In this document: in pieces, positions 1-13,075 of the stretch | Position numbering within the stretch: the first letter of the stretch is position 1 | How the letters are laid out: every line of letters begins with the position of its first letter | Assembly (NCBI GenBank): GCA_964016885.1 | Contig: OZ024751.1 | Coordinates: 18,104,001 to 18,168,000 of the forward strand | Reading direction: 5' to 3' | DNA: 64,000 nucleotides | Source of the DNA: Eledone cirrhosa | Taxonomy: Eukaryota | Notes under the pieces: generated by a model | The model's input: only the letters and a program-made list of their open reading frames with translations | Told to the model about the DNA's origin: nothing | The model's database searches: none | Made by a program: the position numbers and the translations under genes

Positions 1-740
1 TGGACGCCATGCTTTCTAGCATAGTTACGTCCCTTTACGGTTTGAGTTCAAATCCCGCCGAGGTTAACTTTGCCTTTCATCCTTGCGGGGTCGATGAAGT
101 GAAGTACCAGTAATGTACTGGGTAATTGTTGGCCTTGTGCCTAAAGTAGAAACAATTATTTTACGGTGGATTGGCAGTATCGGTAGAGGGTTGGACGCCA
201 TGCTTAGCAGTATAGAGTTACGGCCCTTTACGGTCTGAATTCAAATCCCGCCGAGGTTAACTTTGCCTTTCATCCTTGCGGGGTCGATGAAGTGAAGTAC
301 CAGTAATGTACTGGGAAATTGCTGGCCTTGTGCCGAAAGTAGAAACAATTATTTTACGGTGGATTGGCAGTATCGGTAGAGGGTTGGACGCCATGCTTAG
401 CAGTATAGAGTTACGGCCCTTTACGGTCTGAATTCAAATCCCGCCGAGGTTAACTTTGCCTTTCATCCTTGCGGGGTCGATGAAGTGAAGTACCAGTAAT
501 GTACTGGGTAATTGCTGGCCTTGTGCCTAAAGTAGAAACAATTATTTTACGGTGGATTGGCAGTATCGGTAGAGGGTTGGACGCCATGCTTAGCAGTATA
601 GAGTTACGGCCCTTTACGGTCTGAATTCAAATCCCGCCGAGGTTAACTTTGCCTTTCATCCTTTCGGGGTCGATGAAATAAAGTACCAGTAATGTACTGG
701 GATAATTGCTGGCCTTGTGCTAAATGTAGAAACAATTATT
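1..740 (+). mobile_element. Head-to-tail tandem array of about 4 copies (~194 bp unit) of a tRNA-derived SINE
   Basis: The unit ggtggattggcagtatcggtagag...tcaaatcccgccgaggttaactttgcctttcatcc...aagtagaaacaattatt restarts at about 165, 358 and 551. A-box-like TGGCAGTATCGG and B-box-like G(A/G)TTCAAATCC are present. Confidence 0.9.
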
Positions 741-904
741 ATAAATAGTCTCAGCATCCTCAAAAGCACCACCACAAAAGTCGTCACCCTCACAACCACT
801 ACAGCCACCATAACCACCACCAGCATAACAACACCATCATCACAACAAGCACTATTACTACAACAATTTCTTCCATCAGCATCATCACCATTAACAAAAT
901 CAGC

Positions 905-1063
905 ATAGAGTTACGGCAGCATAGAGTTACGGCCCTTTACGGTCTGAATTCAAATCCCGCCGAGGTTAACTTTGCCTTTCATCCTTTCGGGGTCGATAAA
1001 ATAAAGTACCAGTAATGCACTGGGATAATTGCTGGCCTTGTGCTAAAAGTAGAAACAATTATT
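905..1063 (+). mobile_element. 5'-truncated copy of the main tRNA-derived SINE
   Basis: Matches the SINE from agcatagagttacggccc to agaaacaattatt. Confidence 0.85.
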
Positions 1064-1172
1064 TTACGTAAGAATGTTGAAGTTCGACTTTTTATTTTCT
1101 CGCATTTCATCTACCATATATCCTCGATTAACTATACACAACTTTGATTTAAATCCATTCGTCAAAGATATA

Positions 1173-1300
1173 TACAGGGTGTCCCGACAAAATGTATACA
1201 CAATTTGATTACCTGTACAGGCAATATTTATTAGAATGCTATTGAAGTGTGTATACATTTTTTGCGGGGAATGGCGGGGGGGGGGGGGGGGGCACCCTGG
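1173..1300. mobile_element. Tc1/mariner-type MITE
   Basis: TA-CAGGGTGTCCC...aatgtatacac and gtgtatacatttt...gggcaccctg terminal inverted repeats. Related copies at 10793, 40167 and 63025. Confidence 0.7.
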
Positions 1301-2252
1301 ATAATATAATTTGATTTTGCTAAACTGGGCGCTGGAATAACTGCACTTTAGATATGATACAGGCTCGGGTAGTATGGAATCTAAAGTAAAATATACGAAG
1401 GTTGACTGAAACTTTCATAGATGACTAAGATACTCTCATTGAATGACCAAATGAGAGTTATATTTCCAGCAATCTAGGCAATTATTAATAAGAAGAGTTG
1501 AAATATATGCTCGCAAGATTTCACAGCCCAAGCATTATTCGTTTATAATCAGCCTATGAACTACCGCCCAAAATGTTGCGAGATGTGATCGAACCCCGAA
1601 ACGATGTCTATGAACCGTGTTTTTTCTAACCCACGTCGTTATCTCTGCACCCCATCGAATATACTTGCAACGACTCAAATCTATTATAAAATATATTTAC
1701 CCAATGAGTTGCTCAGTGCGATTGAACCCGGGTTCGTGTGACTATGGGCCGCATTGTTTATCCACGTGTATATGGCTTCAATCTATTGTCTTATAATTTT
1801 CAAATAATACGTCTTCCAACTCAGTATAGAAAAGGCGGACGAACTAAGAAGCTACAGCTGCGTCGCACCAGTAACCTGTAGTGAGCACGTTATGATAACA
1901 ATGATCTTTAAACATGATAACAATAGATTAGCTTTGCACGAGAGGTGAAAGAAGCTCGTGTCACGTCCGTGCTTTCTCTTCAAGGACATTAGCGATACAA
2001 AACAAAACGAAATAACATTACAACTGGGAATTAAAAAGTCATCTCGTTGATCTCGGTTCATCGAGAACTAACTCCCGTACAGCACAGCACAGCACATCAC
2101 ATCACATCACACGGTACGGTACAGAGCCTCCGCGGCCACAAACACAACCAACCAGCAATATATAGAATAGGACAACAACAAAAGCTGGTTGTTTGCAACA
2201 ACAATGGCAATAGGGACAATAGAGCAGAAACTGTAACATAAACATCAATAAC

Positions 2253-2283
<31 letters not shown>

Positions 2284-2739
2284 ATAGTAATAGTAACAGT
2301 AGTAACAAAAATAAGGAAATGTTTACCTATACGGGTTCATATATATATATATATATATATTCACGAATATTAATATTTCTAATTTTATTTATTCATTTCA
2401 TCTCAATTGTTAGCTCAACTTAATATGACATAACTTAAGGTTTTCGTTCTCTTCCCCCTCTCTCTATCTCTACATATCTCTCTCTTGAGTTCTTTCTCTG
2501 TCTGATGTTTTGATATCTCCCCGTTATTTTTCCGCTGTTCTCTTTTCTTTTTGCTTTCTTCTTTTTCTTTATCTATCTTTCCCTTTCTTTTTCTCCACGT
2601 TTCTCTCTATCTCTCCATCTTTTTACTTACTCTTAACACTATGACTTACTAAAGTAAACAAACCACTATCCGGATGGCCTCCAAAAACAACGGTCACCTT
2701 TTTGAAAGGGTACGTCAATATTAAATGTAAAACTGTTAT

Positions 2740-2815
2740 ATATTGTATTTTGTCTGATGAAGACATACCATGATTTAACTTGGTATCCTTGAAATATATA
2801 TAATGAAATAAATAT
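2740..2815 (+). ncRNA. Type I hammerhead ribozyme motif (Penelope-like element remnant)
   Basis: CTGATGA at 2754-2760, stem II ATACCA/TGGTAT, GAAA at 2791-2794, palindromic stem III ATATATAT, A at position 17, AT-rich stem I. Homologous to the 53246 motif. Confidence 0.7.
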
Positions 2816-2919
2816 GGTTTTATAAATATGGTTTCCATTTATTAATATTGTATATATATATATATATATATAATAATTCAAAATATTAATAAATGTAGAC
2901 ATACACGTAATCAAAATAT

Positions 2920-2986
2920 ATTTTTTATTATATATATTTCGGAGGTACTGTGCTGTTTTTTCACTACGTCCTCATCAGATAAAATA
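2920..2986 (-). ncRNA. Type I hammerhead ribozyme motif (mirror copy)
   Basis: Reverse complement reads ttttat-CTGATGA-GGACGTAGTG...CAGTACCTCC-GAAA-TATATA-TA-ATAAAA, with one stem II mismatch. Confidence 0.75.
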
Positions 2987-2990
2987 TATA

Positions 2991-3058
2991 TATTTTCTCT
3001 GATGAGGACGTACTGAAAAAACAGCACAGTACCTCCGAAATATATATAATAAAAAATA
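2991..3058 (+). ncRNA. Type I hammerhead ribozyme motif
   Basis: CTGATGA(2999-3005)-GGA-C-GTACTG-loop-CAGTAC-C-TCC-GAAA(3037-3040)-TATATA-T-A-ATAAAA. Confidence 0.8.
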
Positions 3059-3303
3059 TATTTTGATTACGTGTATGTCTACATTTCTTAATATTTTGAA
3101 TTAACATAATAACTCCAGAAACCTTTTTTCATGTTGCGTGCTTCTAATCTATTGTAAAACTATATTCATTGATTAATCAAGGAACCTTGTTTAACTTTTG
3201 GTTATATATATATATATATATGTTTATATATATATATATATATTTATATTTATAGTAAGGTGAAAGAAGCGATTCTTTGCTTAAACTTTAATCTGTTATT
3301 TTA

Positions 3304-3357
<54 letters not shown>

Positions 3358-3360
3358 GAT

Positions 3361-3552
3361 GGGAAAAAGTATGACCCCAGCGGCAGAGCTCAAGCCGTTT
3401 CGACGGCTATTTCTGGACTGAAATAGCCGTCGAAACGGATTGAGCTCTGCCGTCGGGGTGATACTTTTTCATATTTCCCACTCTACTATCCTAATTATTG
3501 AGTACTCTGGTGCGTTATGGTCCATTTGGTTCCTTACCACAATTCCTTTGTT
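3361..3552 (+). mobile_element. Hairpin-plus-tail interspersed repeat (family A) in (TA)n
   Basis: ~108 bp palindrome (gagctcaagccgtttcgacggctattt...aaatagccgtcgaaacggattgagctc) followed by the tail actctact...attgagtactctggtgcgttatggtcc...ccttaccac. Multiple copies in the window. Confidence 0.8.
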
Positions 3553-4039
3553 ATATATATATATATGTATATATATATATAAATATATATATGTATATAT
3601 ATATATATATATATAAATATATATATATACATACATGCATATATGTATACATACATACATACATACATACATACACATATATATATACCATACATATATA
3701 TATATATATACATATACATGTATAAATATGTATGTATATCTATACATATATATACTGTATATATATATATATATATATGTATATGTGTGTGTGTTTGTGT
3801 GTATGTCTGCATTTTATATGCATTTTAAATTTGTTTCTCGTGATTACATTATTCTACCTTCTGCCAGCCAAGTCAGTAGACAAACAGACAGAGAGAATGC
3901 ATGCACTAAGCTGGCCTCATCACCGCTTCCCAAAAGCCTTCTTCAACAAGCAAAGCAAAACAAAAGTAATTAGCTTAATAGCAATTATCTTAAGAATGAT
4001 ATTTATAATTATTACATCGTTCTTGCTCCCCTTTAGACT

Positions 4040-4380
4040 TTACCACTCCTTCCACCACCACCGCCACAGTCACCACAGTCCCCGCCTTGTGCGTTGCTTC
4101 CTTTATCTTCCCCCACCACAATTACCACCACCACGACTACCACCACCGCCGCCACAGTCTCCACCACTACCACCACCACAGTCACCACGTTGCGCGTTGC
4201 TTCCTTTATCTTCTCCCACCACAATTACCACCACCACGACTACCTCCACCGCCGCCACAGTCTCCACCACCACCACCACCACCACCACCACCACCACTAA
4301 CACCACCACCGCGGCCACAGTCACCACCACCACCGCCGCCACATTGTACGTTGTTTCCTTTATCTTCTCCCACCCCAACT
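4040..4380. repeat. CAC-rich region with a repeated gcgttgcttcctttatcttc unit
   Basis: The unit recurs at about 4090, 4194 and 4349 among (CAC)n. Confidence 0.7.
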
Positions 4381-5139
4381 TTGTTTCCTTATAACAGACC
4401 GACAGATGGACAGACATACAAACAAATGCAGACAATATACCCAAGTCTTTAAGTTTAGATTCATTCATCCATCTTGGATTCATGATGAAACCTGTTCGTT
4501 CATGGCGCATTGTTGTTTCAAACTTCATATTGTTTCTCTCTCTCTATTTCTTTAATTAGCACTTTCTCTCTCTCTCTCCTTCTCACTTTTCTCTCTGTCT
4601 CTTTCTTCCCCCTCTCTCTCTTTAATTCTCACTTTCTCTCTCAGACTCTCTTTATCTCTCTCTCCCTCCCTGCCTCACCACCTCCCTCCCTCCCTTCCTC
4701 CCCACCTCTCCGTCCCCCACCCCCCTCTCTCTCTTTCACTCATTTTCCCTCGTTCTTTCTATCTCTCTCAGACTCTCTCCCTCAAAAATTGAAAGATTTG
4801 CAGTGTGTTGTTATTTATCTATTTTTATAGTTTATTTTTATCATGTTTTTTTTTTTTTTACCTTTTCATATATTGTCAATATATTTCAGTAGATGAATTA
4901 AATCCCGCGAATCAAAACAATGGTATTCATTTCTAATTCATGCGAAAGACTAGCAACCATGAGAAAGGGAAAGTCAATTATATAGACCAGTGTACATAAA
5001 TAGTATTTTATATTATCGACCTCCCTGAAAAAATTAAAGGCAAATTTGTCCTTAGCGTGATTTGAAATCAGAACGTAACGTAGCAGTACAAAATTCAGCC
5101 AAGCATTTCTCCGACACTCTAACGACATTGTAAATTCAC

Positions 5140-5322
5140 TGCTCTGCAATTTTTGGCGAGGGGGGCGGGGGAATGTCGATTAACTCGACGCCTGTGAATG
5201 ACTGGTGTACTAATTTATCGACCACGTAAGGAGGATGAAAGGTAAAGCTAACCTCAATGGGATTTGAACTCGGAGCGAATATACTAAAGCATTCTATCCG
5301 ACGTTTTAACGACTCTGCCAAC
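5140..5322 (-). mobile_element. Diverged tRNA-derived SINE copy
   Basis: Reverse complement contains gagttcaaatccc and tttacctttcatcc...gtcgataaa. Confidence 0.7.
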
Positions 5323-5838
5323 TCAAGAAGAAATAAGTACGTATACGTATGTGTATGGGATAAACACAGTAAAAATGTACTGAACCAACAACACAGTCTG
5401 TTTATCGAGTCAATAAATATTTGTTACGAATCATAAACTTTTTAGTTTGAAATTTCGCTGAAGTTACTGGCTTAAAAAAACAGGCATGAGAGCGTCAGAC
5501 AAAATTCCTTGTTGTCTATATTCCGGCTCTCCGCGTTCTGAGTTCAAATCCCACCAAGGTGAACTTTCTGCCAGTCATGTTCTGAGGGTGGCTCTCCCTT
5601 CTTTCTAACCCCCCCGCCGTCCATGCCACGCCACGCCACTCTCTCGCTCTCTCGCTGGAAGAAATGGATTTTACTGCTTCATTTTATTTGACTGTGATTT
5701 TTTCCGATCCCCTTCAAAAAATCCTCCTTACTTGTATATATAAATGGAGAGAGTGACGATATATGTATTATGTATAAATATATAAATATATATATATATA
5801 TGTGTGTGTGTGTATATATGTGTGTGTATATATATATG

Positions 5839-5873
<35 letters not shown>

Positions 5874-5940
5874 TTATGTGTGTGTATATATATGTGTGTG
5901 TATATGTATATATATATATATATATATGTGTGTGTATATG

Positions 5941-5973
<33 letters not shown>

Positions 5974-6332
5974 ATATGTGTTCGTGTTTGAAGAATCATA
6001 CAGGTAAATATGGACAAAGATCTCAGCGTACATAGATAATCGATAAATTTCTGGTTTAATGCCCGGCACGATGTTTCCGGTTGAAAGCGGAAGTGGCTGT
6101 TGGCATAATGGGAGTCGCTCTAGCAATAACGTATAGTAGACAAACAGACGCACAACTCGTTAAAGACATTGAAGGTAAACATTGAACGAAATATTATTAT
6201 TATGTTGATGCTGATAATTACATTACTAATATTTTCTAATAGTAATAATAGTTATAACATTTTAATATATAACGCCCTGTTGAAAATATTACACCTGAAC
6301 ACGTGAAACAAAACACACAGACACATATGTAG

Positions 6333-6372
<40 letters not shown>

Positions 6373-6659
6373 GTATGTAAACATATGTATGCATATATAT
6401 ATATATATATATAGATACACACACATGAATGTATACATAAATATATATACACATATATATATATATAATGTACCTGTTATCTTGTTCGATAATGTTTTTT
6501 CACAATACTTGAACCACCATCTCTACAAGACGGACGTCCTACCACCAACTAACAACAATAGCTTTACATAACTAGTTTATGTAAACAGACAATATGAACA
6601 ACAACAACTTTATCACACCACCATCAACACTATAAGGTACACCAATAATATCAGTCACA

Positions 6660-7330
6660 CAACCAACATCACTATCAGGCTTAGCAACAACACTATCAGA
6701 CGTAACACCACACTATCAGGCGTAGCAACAACACTATCAGACGTAGCAACAACACTATCAGATGTAGCAACAACACTATCAGATGTAGCAACAACACTAT
6801 CAGATATAGCAACAACACTATCAGATATAACAACATTATCACACACACACCTACAACACTATCAGATGTAGCAACAACACTATCAGATGTAGCAACAACA
6901 CTATCAGATGTAGCAACAACACTATCAGATGTAGCAACAACACTATCAGGCGTAGCAACAACACTATCAGGCGTAGCAACAACACTATCAGGTGTAGCAA
7001 CAACACTATCAGGCGTAGCAACAACATTATCACACACACACCTACAACACTATCAGATGTAGCAACAACACTATCAGATGTAGCAACAACACTATCAGGC
7101 GTACCAACAACACTATCAGACGTAGCAACAACACTATTAGATGTAGCAACAACACTATCAGGCGTACCAACAACACTATCAGACGTAGCAACAACACTAT
7201 CAGATGTAGCAACAACATTATCAGATGTAGCAACAACATTATCACACACACACCTACAACACTATCAGGTGTAGCAACAACACTATCAGCTGTAGCAACA
7301 ACATTATCACACACACACCTACAACACTAT
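6660..7330. repeat. 21-bp minisatellite (actatcagatgtagcaacaac) with higher-order blocks
   Basis: About 28 units, punctuated by attatcacacacacacctacaac at about 6835, 7026, 7238 and 7303. Confidence 0.9.
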
Positions 7331-7496
7331 TTACCTTACCAAAACTATTGTGAAACATATCAACAATATCAACCACACCAACAACACTGGGGGTCATAAA
7401 ATAAAAAGAAAAGCCACACCAACATTTGCACCACCATAATGACTAACTTTAGAAAGCAACCAAACTCACCACCCCAAGAACCAACAGCACCATCAT

Positions 7497-7680
7497 TATT
7501 GTATCCGTAGAAGGTCGGACGCCATGCTTTGCAGCATATATTTACGCCCCTTTACGGTCTGAGTTCAAATCCCGCCGAGATTATCTTTGCCTTTTATCTT
7601 TACGGGGTCGTAATGAATAAAGTACCAATAATACACTGGAATAATTGCTGGCCTTGTGCCAAAAGTTGAAACGATTATTA
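7497..7680 (+). mobile_element. tRNA-derived SINE copy
   Basis: Matches the SINE consensus, including gagttcaaatcccgccgag. Confidence 0.85.
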
Positions 7681-8334
7681 CTACTACTACTACATCCAGC
7701 GACGAACTATTTTGCCAAAAGGTGTTGGTCCAAGAGTTTTTTTGTAAGTAACAGTCGCAAAAACATATATTACAGAATTCATATAAAATATGTACCCTCG
7801 TTGATAGAATTGATTAATTTCAGTTCAAAGTGGTGCTGCAGCATGGGCGCAGCCTAATGACTGAAACCAGTAATAGTATCCCTCTCTCCCCTCGCTTTCT
7901 CTGTATGTGTATATATAAAATAATTATCATTGAATTGGTAGTTACCACAATTCCGGTTTGTATTTATTTTCTTGATTTTTTTTTCTTAAATCGAGACAGG
8001 CAAACCCTATTGTCTATAGTTAGTATTCGTTTCACCTTAGCGAATCTGGTCCCTTACGATTTGAACACATATATGTATATATCTGTGTTCGTTTTTCTTT
8101 TATATTCAATTATAATATACGGCTCGGAAAAATCTCTTTCTTAGAGCTAATTTATTGTAAGAGACTATTTTGAGTTCCTAACTCAATATATACCTTTGAT
8201 GTGTATGTATGTATATATATATATATATATATAAAATCATGAAGTATAAGTCAACGGGTTATAATTCACTTCAAATGTTTCGGTGATCAATTAAGACATA
8301 CTTTAATTTATTTATATTCATATGTATTTATGTT

Positions 8335-8530
8335 GACCGAAAGTCTTGTCACCCCGCTACCAAAAAGTAATGAGAAAGAGTTTATATTCCCATCGCAGTA
8401 TCGTCCTTTTCGGAGGAGCTGGTTTGCCGAATCTTGCAGTGAAGTCATGTTGCACATCCTCCATGCTCTTGCCAGATCATGTGTCCATACACTTGCAAGC
8501 AGCCTCTCTTCCAAACTGTAGGAGCTCTGA
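8335..8530 (-). pseudogene. Mariner/Tc1-superfamily transposase N-terminal HTH remnant (DUF4817-like), frameshifted
   Basis: The minus strand reads SYSLEERLLASVWTH, then in a shifted frame SMEDVQHDFTARFGKPAPPKRTILRWEYKL. This resembles the N-terminus of DD37D/maT-type transposases and is preceded by tttcag. Confidence 0.6.
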
Positions 8531-8574
8531 AATAGAAAATTATATTATTATTATTATTATTATTATATATTAAG

Positions 8575-8773
8575 GGTGGAAGGGTGGTGGATTGGCAGTA
8601 TCGGTAGAGGGTCGGACGCCATGCTATGCAGCACAGTTACGTTCCTTTACGGACTGAGTTCAAATCCCGCCGAGGTTAACTTTGCTTTTCAACCCTACGG
8701 GGTCGATAAAATAAAGTACCAGTCATAAACTGGAATAATTGCTGGCCTTGTGCCAAAAGTAGAAACAATTATT
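8575..8773 (+). mobile_element. Full-length tRNA-derived SINE (central Meta-domain-like segment)
   Basis: A box tggcagtatcgg, B box gagttcaaatcc, core tttgc...cggggtcgataaaataaagtaccag, ATT-rich tail. Confidence 0.9.
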
Positions 8774-9629
8774 ATATATTATAATTAATGATATTATATA
8801 TTATATTATTAAAACAAAAAATAATGAAAGTTAAAACAATATGTGACAAGGGGTTCCGACCAGCCTGTACATATATGTGTAGGAGCTCTCAGGAGACAAA
8901 TAATAGGGAGTGGGGTGGAAAATCGGTAATTTTTCTAGGGTGTTTTCGTCGGGATTTAAAAAAGAACAGAATTAGTCGTTTAGTTTACATATTGAGATCT
9001 CAACACATCCTATTTATTTTATAATGTAGGTGATTTCATGTAATGTACTTTTTTTGTCATGTATAATGTTTTTTAATGTACAAAGAAAATTGTCTCAGGA
9101 ATGCTACCACTTAAAATAAAATTACGCCGGAGATAAATCAGCAAAATTTAATTAGCCGGAGGCTGTAATAAGTGTGTTAGTGGCGGAATCTAAAAAGAAA
9201 AAATCAATAAGAGGAGGGTGCGATTATTTGAGATCCGAGAATATGTAAATGATAGATATTTAGATAAATATAGGTAAGTTTCGAAACTCTGATTCAGGTT
9301 ATATATTAGAGTCATTTGTAGTAGAAGTCATAGAAATACCTGTAGCTTCATTTAAAAGCATAAATATACACGAAAAGGATTCTATAATTGACTATTTAAG
9401 ATTAATTAGCATGAAAACAACAAATAATATGAAACATTTTACAAAAATATTACTTTAATTACAAATAATAATACAACAGCCGTCGTTTACAGAGCTCGGA
9501 ACTGCTAGCTTAATGAAACTAACGTGTTAGTAAAGTTGGTTTTTGTTAGACTCTCTTTCATAGTAAGAAACCTGCATTGAAGCTGTCAAGCTGTGCTAAC
9601 TCAGAGTCTGTCTCTCTCTCTCTCTGTTA

Positions 9630-10263
9630 ATAATGATTTCTAGTATAGGCACAAGGCCAGTAATTTTGGGGAGAGGAATGTCGATTAAATCGACCCCAGT
9701 ACGTTACTGGTGATTTATTTTATCGACCCCGTAAGGATGAAAGGCAAAGTTAACCTTGGCTGGATTTGAACTCAGATCATGAAGGGCTGTAACTCTATGC
9801 TGCAAAGCATGGTGTCTGACGCTCTACCGATATTGCCAATCCACTGCCCTTGTCTGTATATTAATAATAATAATTGTTTCTACTTTTGGCAAAAGGCCAG
9901 CAATCATCTCAGTGCATTACTGGTACTTTATTTTATCGACCCCGTAAGGATGAAAGGCAAAGTTAAAATCGGCTGGATTTGAACGCAAAGAGCCATAACT
10001 CTATGCTGCAAAGCATGGTGTCTGACGCTCTACCGATACTACCAAACCAATGGTTTCTGATTCTTGTGCAAGGCCAACAATTTTGGGGGAGGGGAGAGTC
10101 GATTAAATCAACCCAGTGCATTACTGGTGCTTTATTTTATCAATCACGTAATGATGAAAAGCTAAGCACACCTTGTCAGTATTTTGAAATAACGTAAAGA
10201 GACGAATCTCTATGCTACTGAGCATGTTGTCCGACGCTCTACCGATACTGCTAATCTATCACC
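9630..10263 (-). mobile_element. Three consecutive SINE copies on the minus strand
   Basis: Repeated tttatcgaccccgtaaggatgaaaggcaaagttaa and ctctaccgata(t/c)t(g/a)cc segments at about 9630-9848, 9870-10050 and 10050-10263. Confidence 0.85.
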
Positions 10264-10317
10264 CTCAATAACTATGAGGAGTAGGAACGAGGTGTCAAAA
10301 TATCATCATTATTTTTA

Positions 10318-10503
10318 TGGACTGGTAGTATCGGTAGAGGGTCGGACGCCATGCTTTCCAGCAAAGTGTTACGGCCCTTTACGGTCTGAGTTCAAATCCC
10401 GCCAAGGTTAACTTTGCCTTTCATCCTTACGGGGTGGATAAAATAAAGTACCAGTAATGTATTGGGTATTTGCTGGCCTTGTGTCAAAAGTAGAAACAAT
10501 TAT
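10318..10503 (+). mobile_element. tRNA-derived SINE copy
   Basis: Matches the SINE consensus. Confidence 0.88.
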
Positions 10504-10792
10504 CTTTATTCACGTGCGATGTGCTTTTCGCGATCGATCAGCTAAAGGTAAATTCAGTATCGATAACGCCCGACTCAGAAATCGATAGCTCATCAGATTC
10601 ATGGTTTCCTTAATGACAGGAGATATCTCGTTTATTTATTATTAACAGTCTGCTTATGAAGGATATCGCCCATAGTATAACACCAAATGTACAAAACCAC
10701 ATAGTGATACGGACCCACACCGAATGCTCAAACTGGTGAACCAATGATAACTTAAAGTCACACACCAATATATGTATGGAGTCTCTATATAT

Positions 10793-10870
10793 ACACAGGT
10801 TGTGCCCCCAAAATATATACACATATCTATTAGAATACTGTTAAAGAGTATACATTTTTGGAGGACACCC
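10793..10870. mobile_element. Tc1/mariner-type MITE copy
   Basis: caggttgtgccccca...tacatttttggaggacaccc, homologous to 63025-63109. Confidence 0.6.
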
Positions 10871-10920
10871 TCTCTCTCTCTATATATATATATGAGTATG
10901 AGAGAGAAAGAGAAAGATGG

Positions 10921-11123
10921 GGTCTATTTTAATCTGTTAGTTTTGTCGTTGCTTCGGTATTGTGTGTTAGGTTTTGCTTACCACAATGTTCAATTTGTCA
11001 AGCTATTTAAACGTATGTTGTTACTCTAAGAACCTACCCTTATTGAGTGCTTTGCAAACTCATTCATATTGTAGGTCAACTTTGCTTGCCCACAGCCAAA
11101 GCTTCGATTTTACTAAGCTTCGA
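10921..11123 (+). repeat. Unclassified interspersed repeat
   Basis: Reverse-complement homolog at 39626-39790 (gaagcttagtaaaatcgaagctttggctgtgg...); terminal fragments at about 37832 and 61965. Confidence 0.65.
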
Positions 11124-11125
11124 CG

Positions 11126-11192
<67 letters not shown>

Positions 11193-11194
11193 GC

Positions 11195-11228
<34 letters not shown>

Positions 11229-11229
<1 letters not shown>

Positions 11230-11400
11230 GGAAAAGAGTCATGACCCCGACGGCTGAGCTCCGGATCTAGCTGTCGAAACGGCCGAAGGTCAGCCGTCGG
11301 AGCCCTGACTCTTTTCCTATTACCCACTCTACTACTCTAAGTATTGAGTACTCGGATGCGTTATGGTCCACCTGTTATCTTACCACACCCTCTTTGTTTT
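11229..11400 (+). mobile_element. Hairpin-plus-tail repeat family A copy
   Basis: ggaaaagagtca...tgactcttttcc inverted ends, then actctactactctaagtattgagtac tail. Confidence 0.8.
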
Positions 11401-11919
11401 ACACACACATACACATGCAGACGTGTGTGTGTGTGTGTGTGTGAGTACGTCCGCCCAAAACAATTAAGGTTGTTGTTTTTTTACATTGTTTCGTGGTTTC
11501 AGGTTATTTCTATATTCTATTATTGTTGATGTTATTGTTGTTGACCATATTGTATTAGTGTTTGAGATTATTGTTAGTGTTTATATTGATGCTGTTCTGT
11601 TTGGTGGTGTTGATAAATCGGTGGTTGTTGTTCAAGTTGTGGTTGTTATTGTTGTAGTAGTTATTGATGTTGTTCTTGTTATTGTAACACAGTTTGTATT
11701 GTCTTCAAAAGCTCTCGGAAACGTTGAACAGCTCTACAGATAACTTGTGGCGCCTCCATACAGTTTCATGTCACGTGTACCTAAAGGACTCGCCGTGCAT
11801 CTGTTGTCCTGCAAACAGCCACTTAAGCATGCATCGATGACCATTTTATTACGTGATGGCATACGCACACACACACACATATATATACATGGTCACTCAC
11901 ATGCACACACACACATATA

Positions 11920-11931
11920 TATATATGCATT

Positions 11932-11975
<44 letters not shown>

Positions 11976-12402
11976 TTTATATATATGCATTTTTATATAT
12001 ATAGATGTATATATATATATATATATGCATTTATACATATATATATGAATTTATACATATATATATATATGAATTTATACATATATATATGAATTTATAC
12101 ATATATATATGAATTTATACATATATATATGAATTTATATATATATATATGAATTTATATATATATATATGAATTTATATATATATATATATATGAATTT
12201 ATATATATATATATATATGAATTTATATATATATATATATATGAATTTATATATATATATATATATGAATTTATATATATATATATATATATATGAATTT
12301 ATATATATATATGAATTTATATATATATATGCATTTATACATATATATATGCATTTATACATATATATATGAATTTATATATATGAATTTATATATATAT
12401 GA

Positions 12403-12475
<73 letters not shown>

Positions 12476-12637
12476 TTTATATATATATATATATATATGC
12501 ATTTATATATATATATATATATATATATGCATTTATATATATATGCATTTATATATATATATATATATATGCATTTATATATATATATATATATGCATTT
12601 ATATATATATATGCATTTATATATGGCAAATAAAAGA

Positions 12638-12679
<42 letters not shown>

Positions 12680-13028
12680 TTTATATATATATATATATAC
12701 ATTTATACATATATATATATATATATATATACATTTATACATATATATACATATGAATTAATATATATATATGTGAATTTATATATATATATATATATGA
12801 ATTTATATATATATATGAATTTATATATATATATATATATGAATTCATATATATATATATATGAATGCATATATATAAATATATGCATTTATATATATAT
12901 ATATGCATTTATATATATATATATGCATATATATATATATGCATTTATATATATGCATATATATATATGCATTCATATATATATATGCATATGCATTTTT
13001 ATATATATATATGCATATATTTATATGC

Positions 13029-13075
<47 letters not shown>
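11920..13075. repeat. Compound (TA)n microsatellite with gaattt/gcattt interruptions
   Basis: Direct inspection. Confidence 0.95.

Larger units (their letters stand above)
2874..3102. repeat. ~230 bp near-perfect palindrome carrying two divergent hammerhead motifs
   Basis: aattcaaaatattaa...ctcatcagataaaa mirrors ttttctctgatgag...ttaatattttgaatt; centre about 2988. Confidence 0.9.

Noticed and set aside
6660-7330. CRISPR-like appearance of regular repeats
   Set aside because: No unique spacers, eukaryotic context and no cas genes.
10545-10600. Minus-strand CTGATGA-GC-TATCGAT...ATCGATA-CT-GAAT hammerhead-like motif
   Set aside because: GAAT instead of GAAA and no supportable stems I or III.
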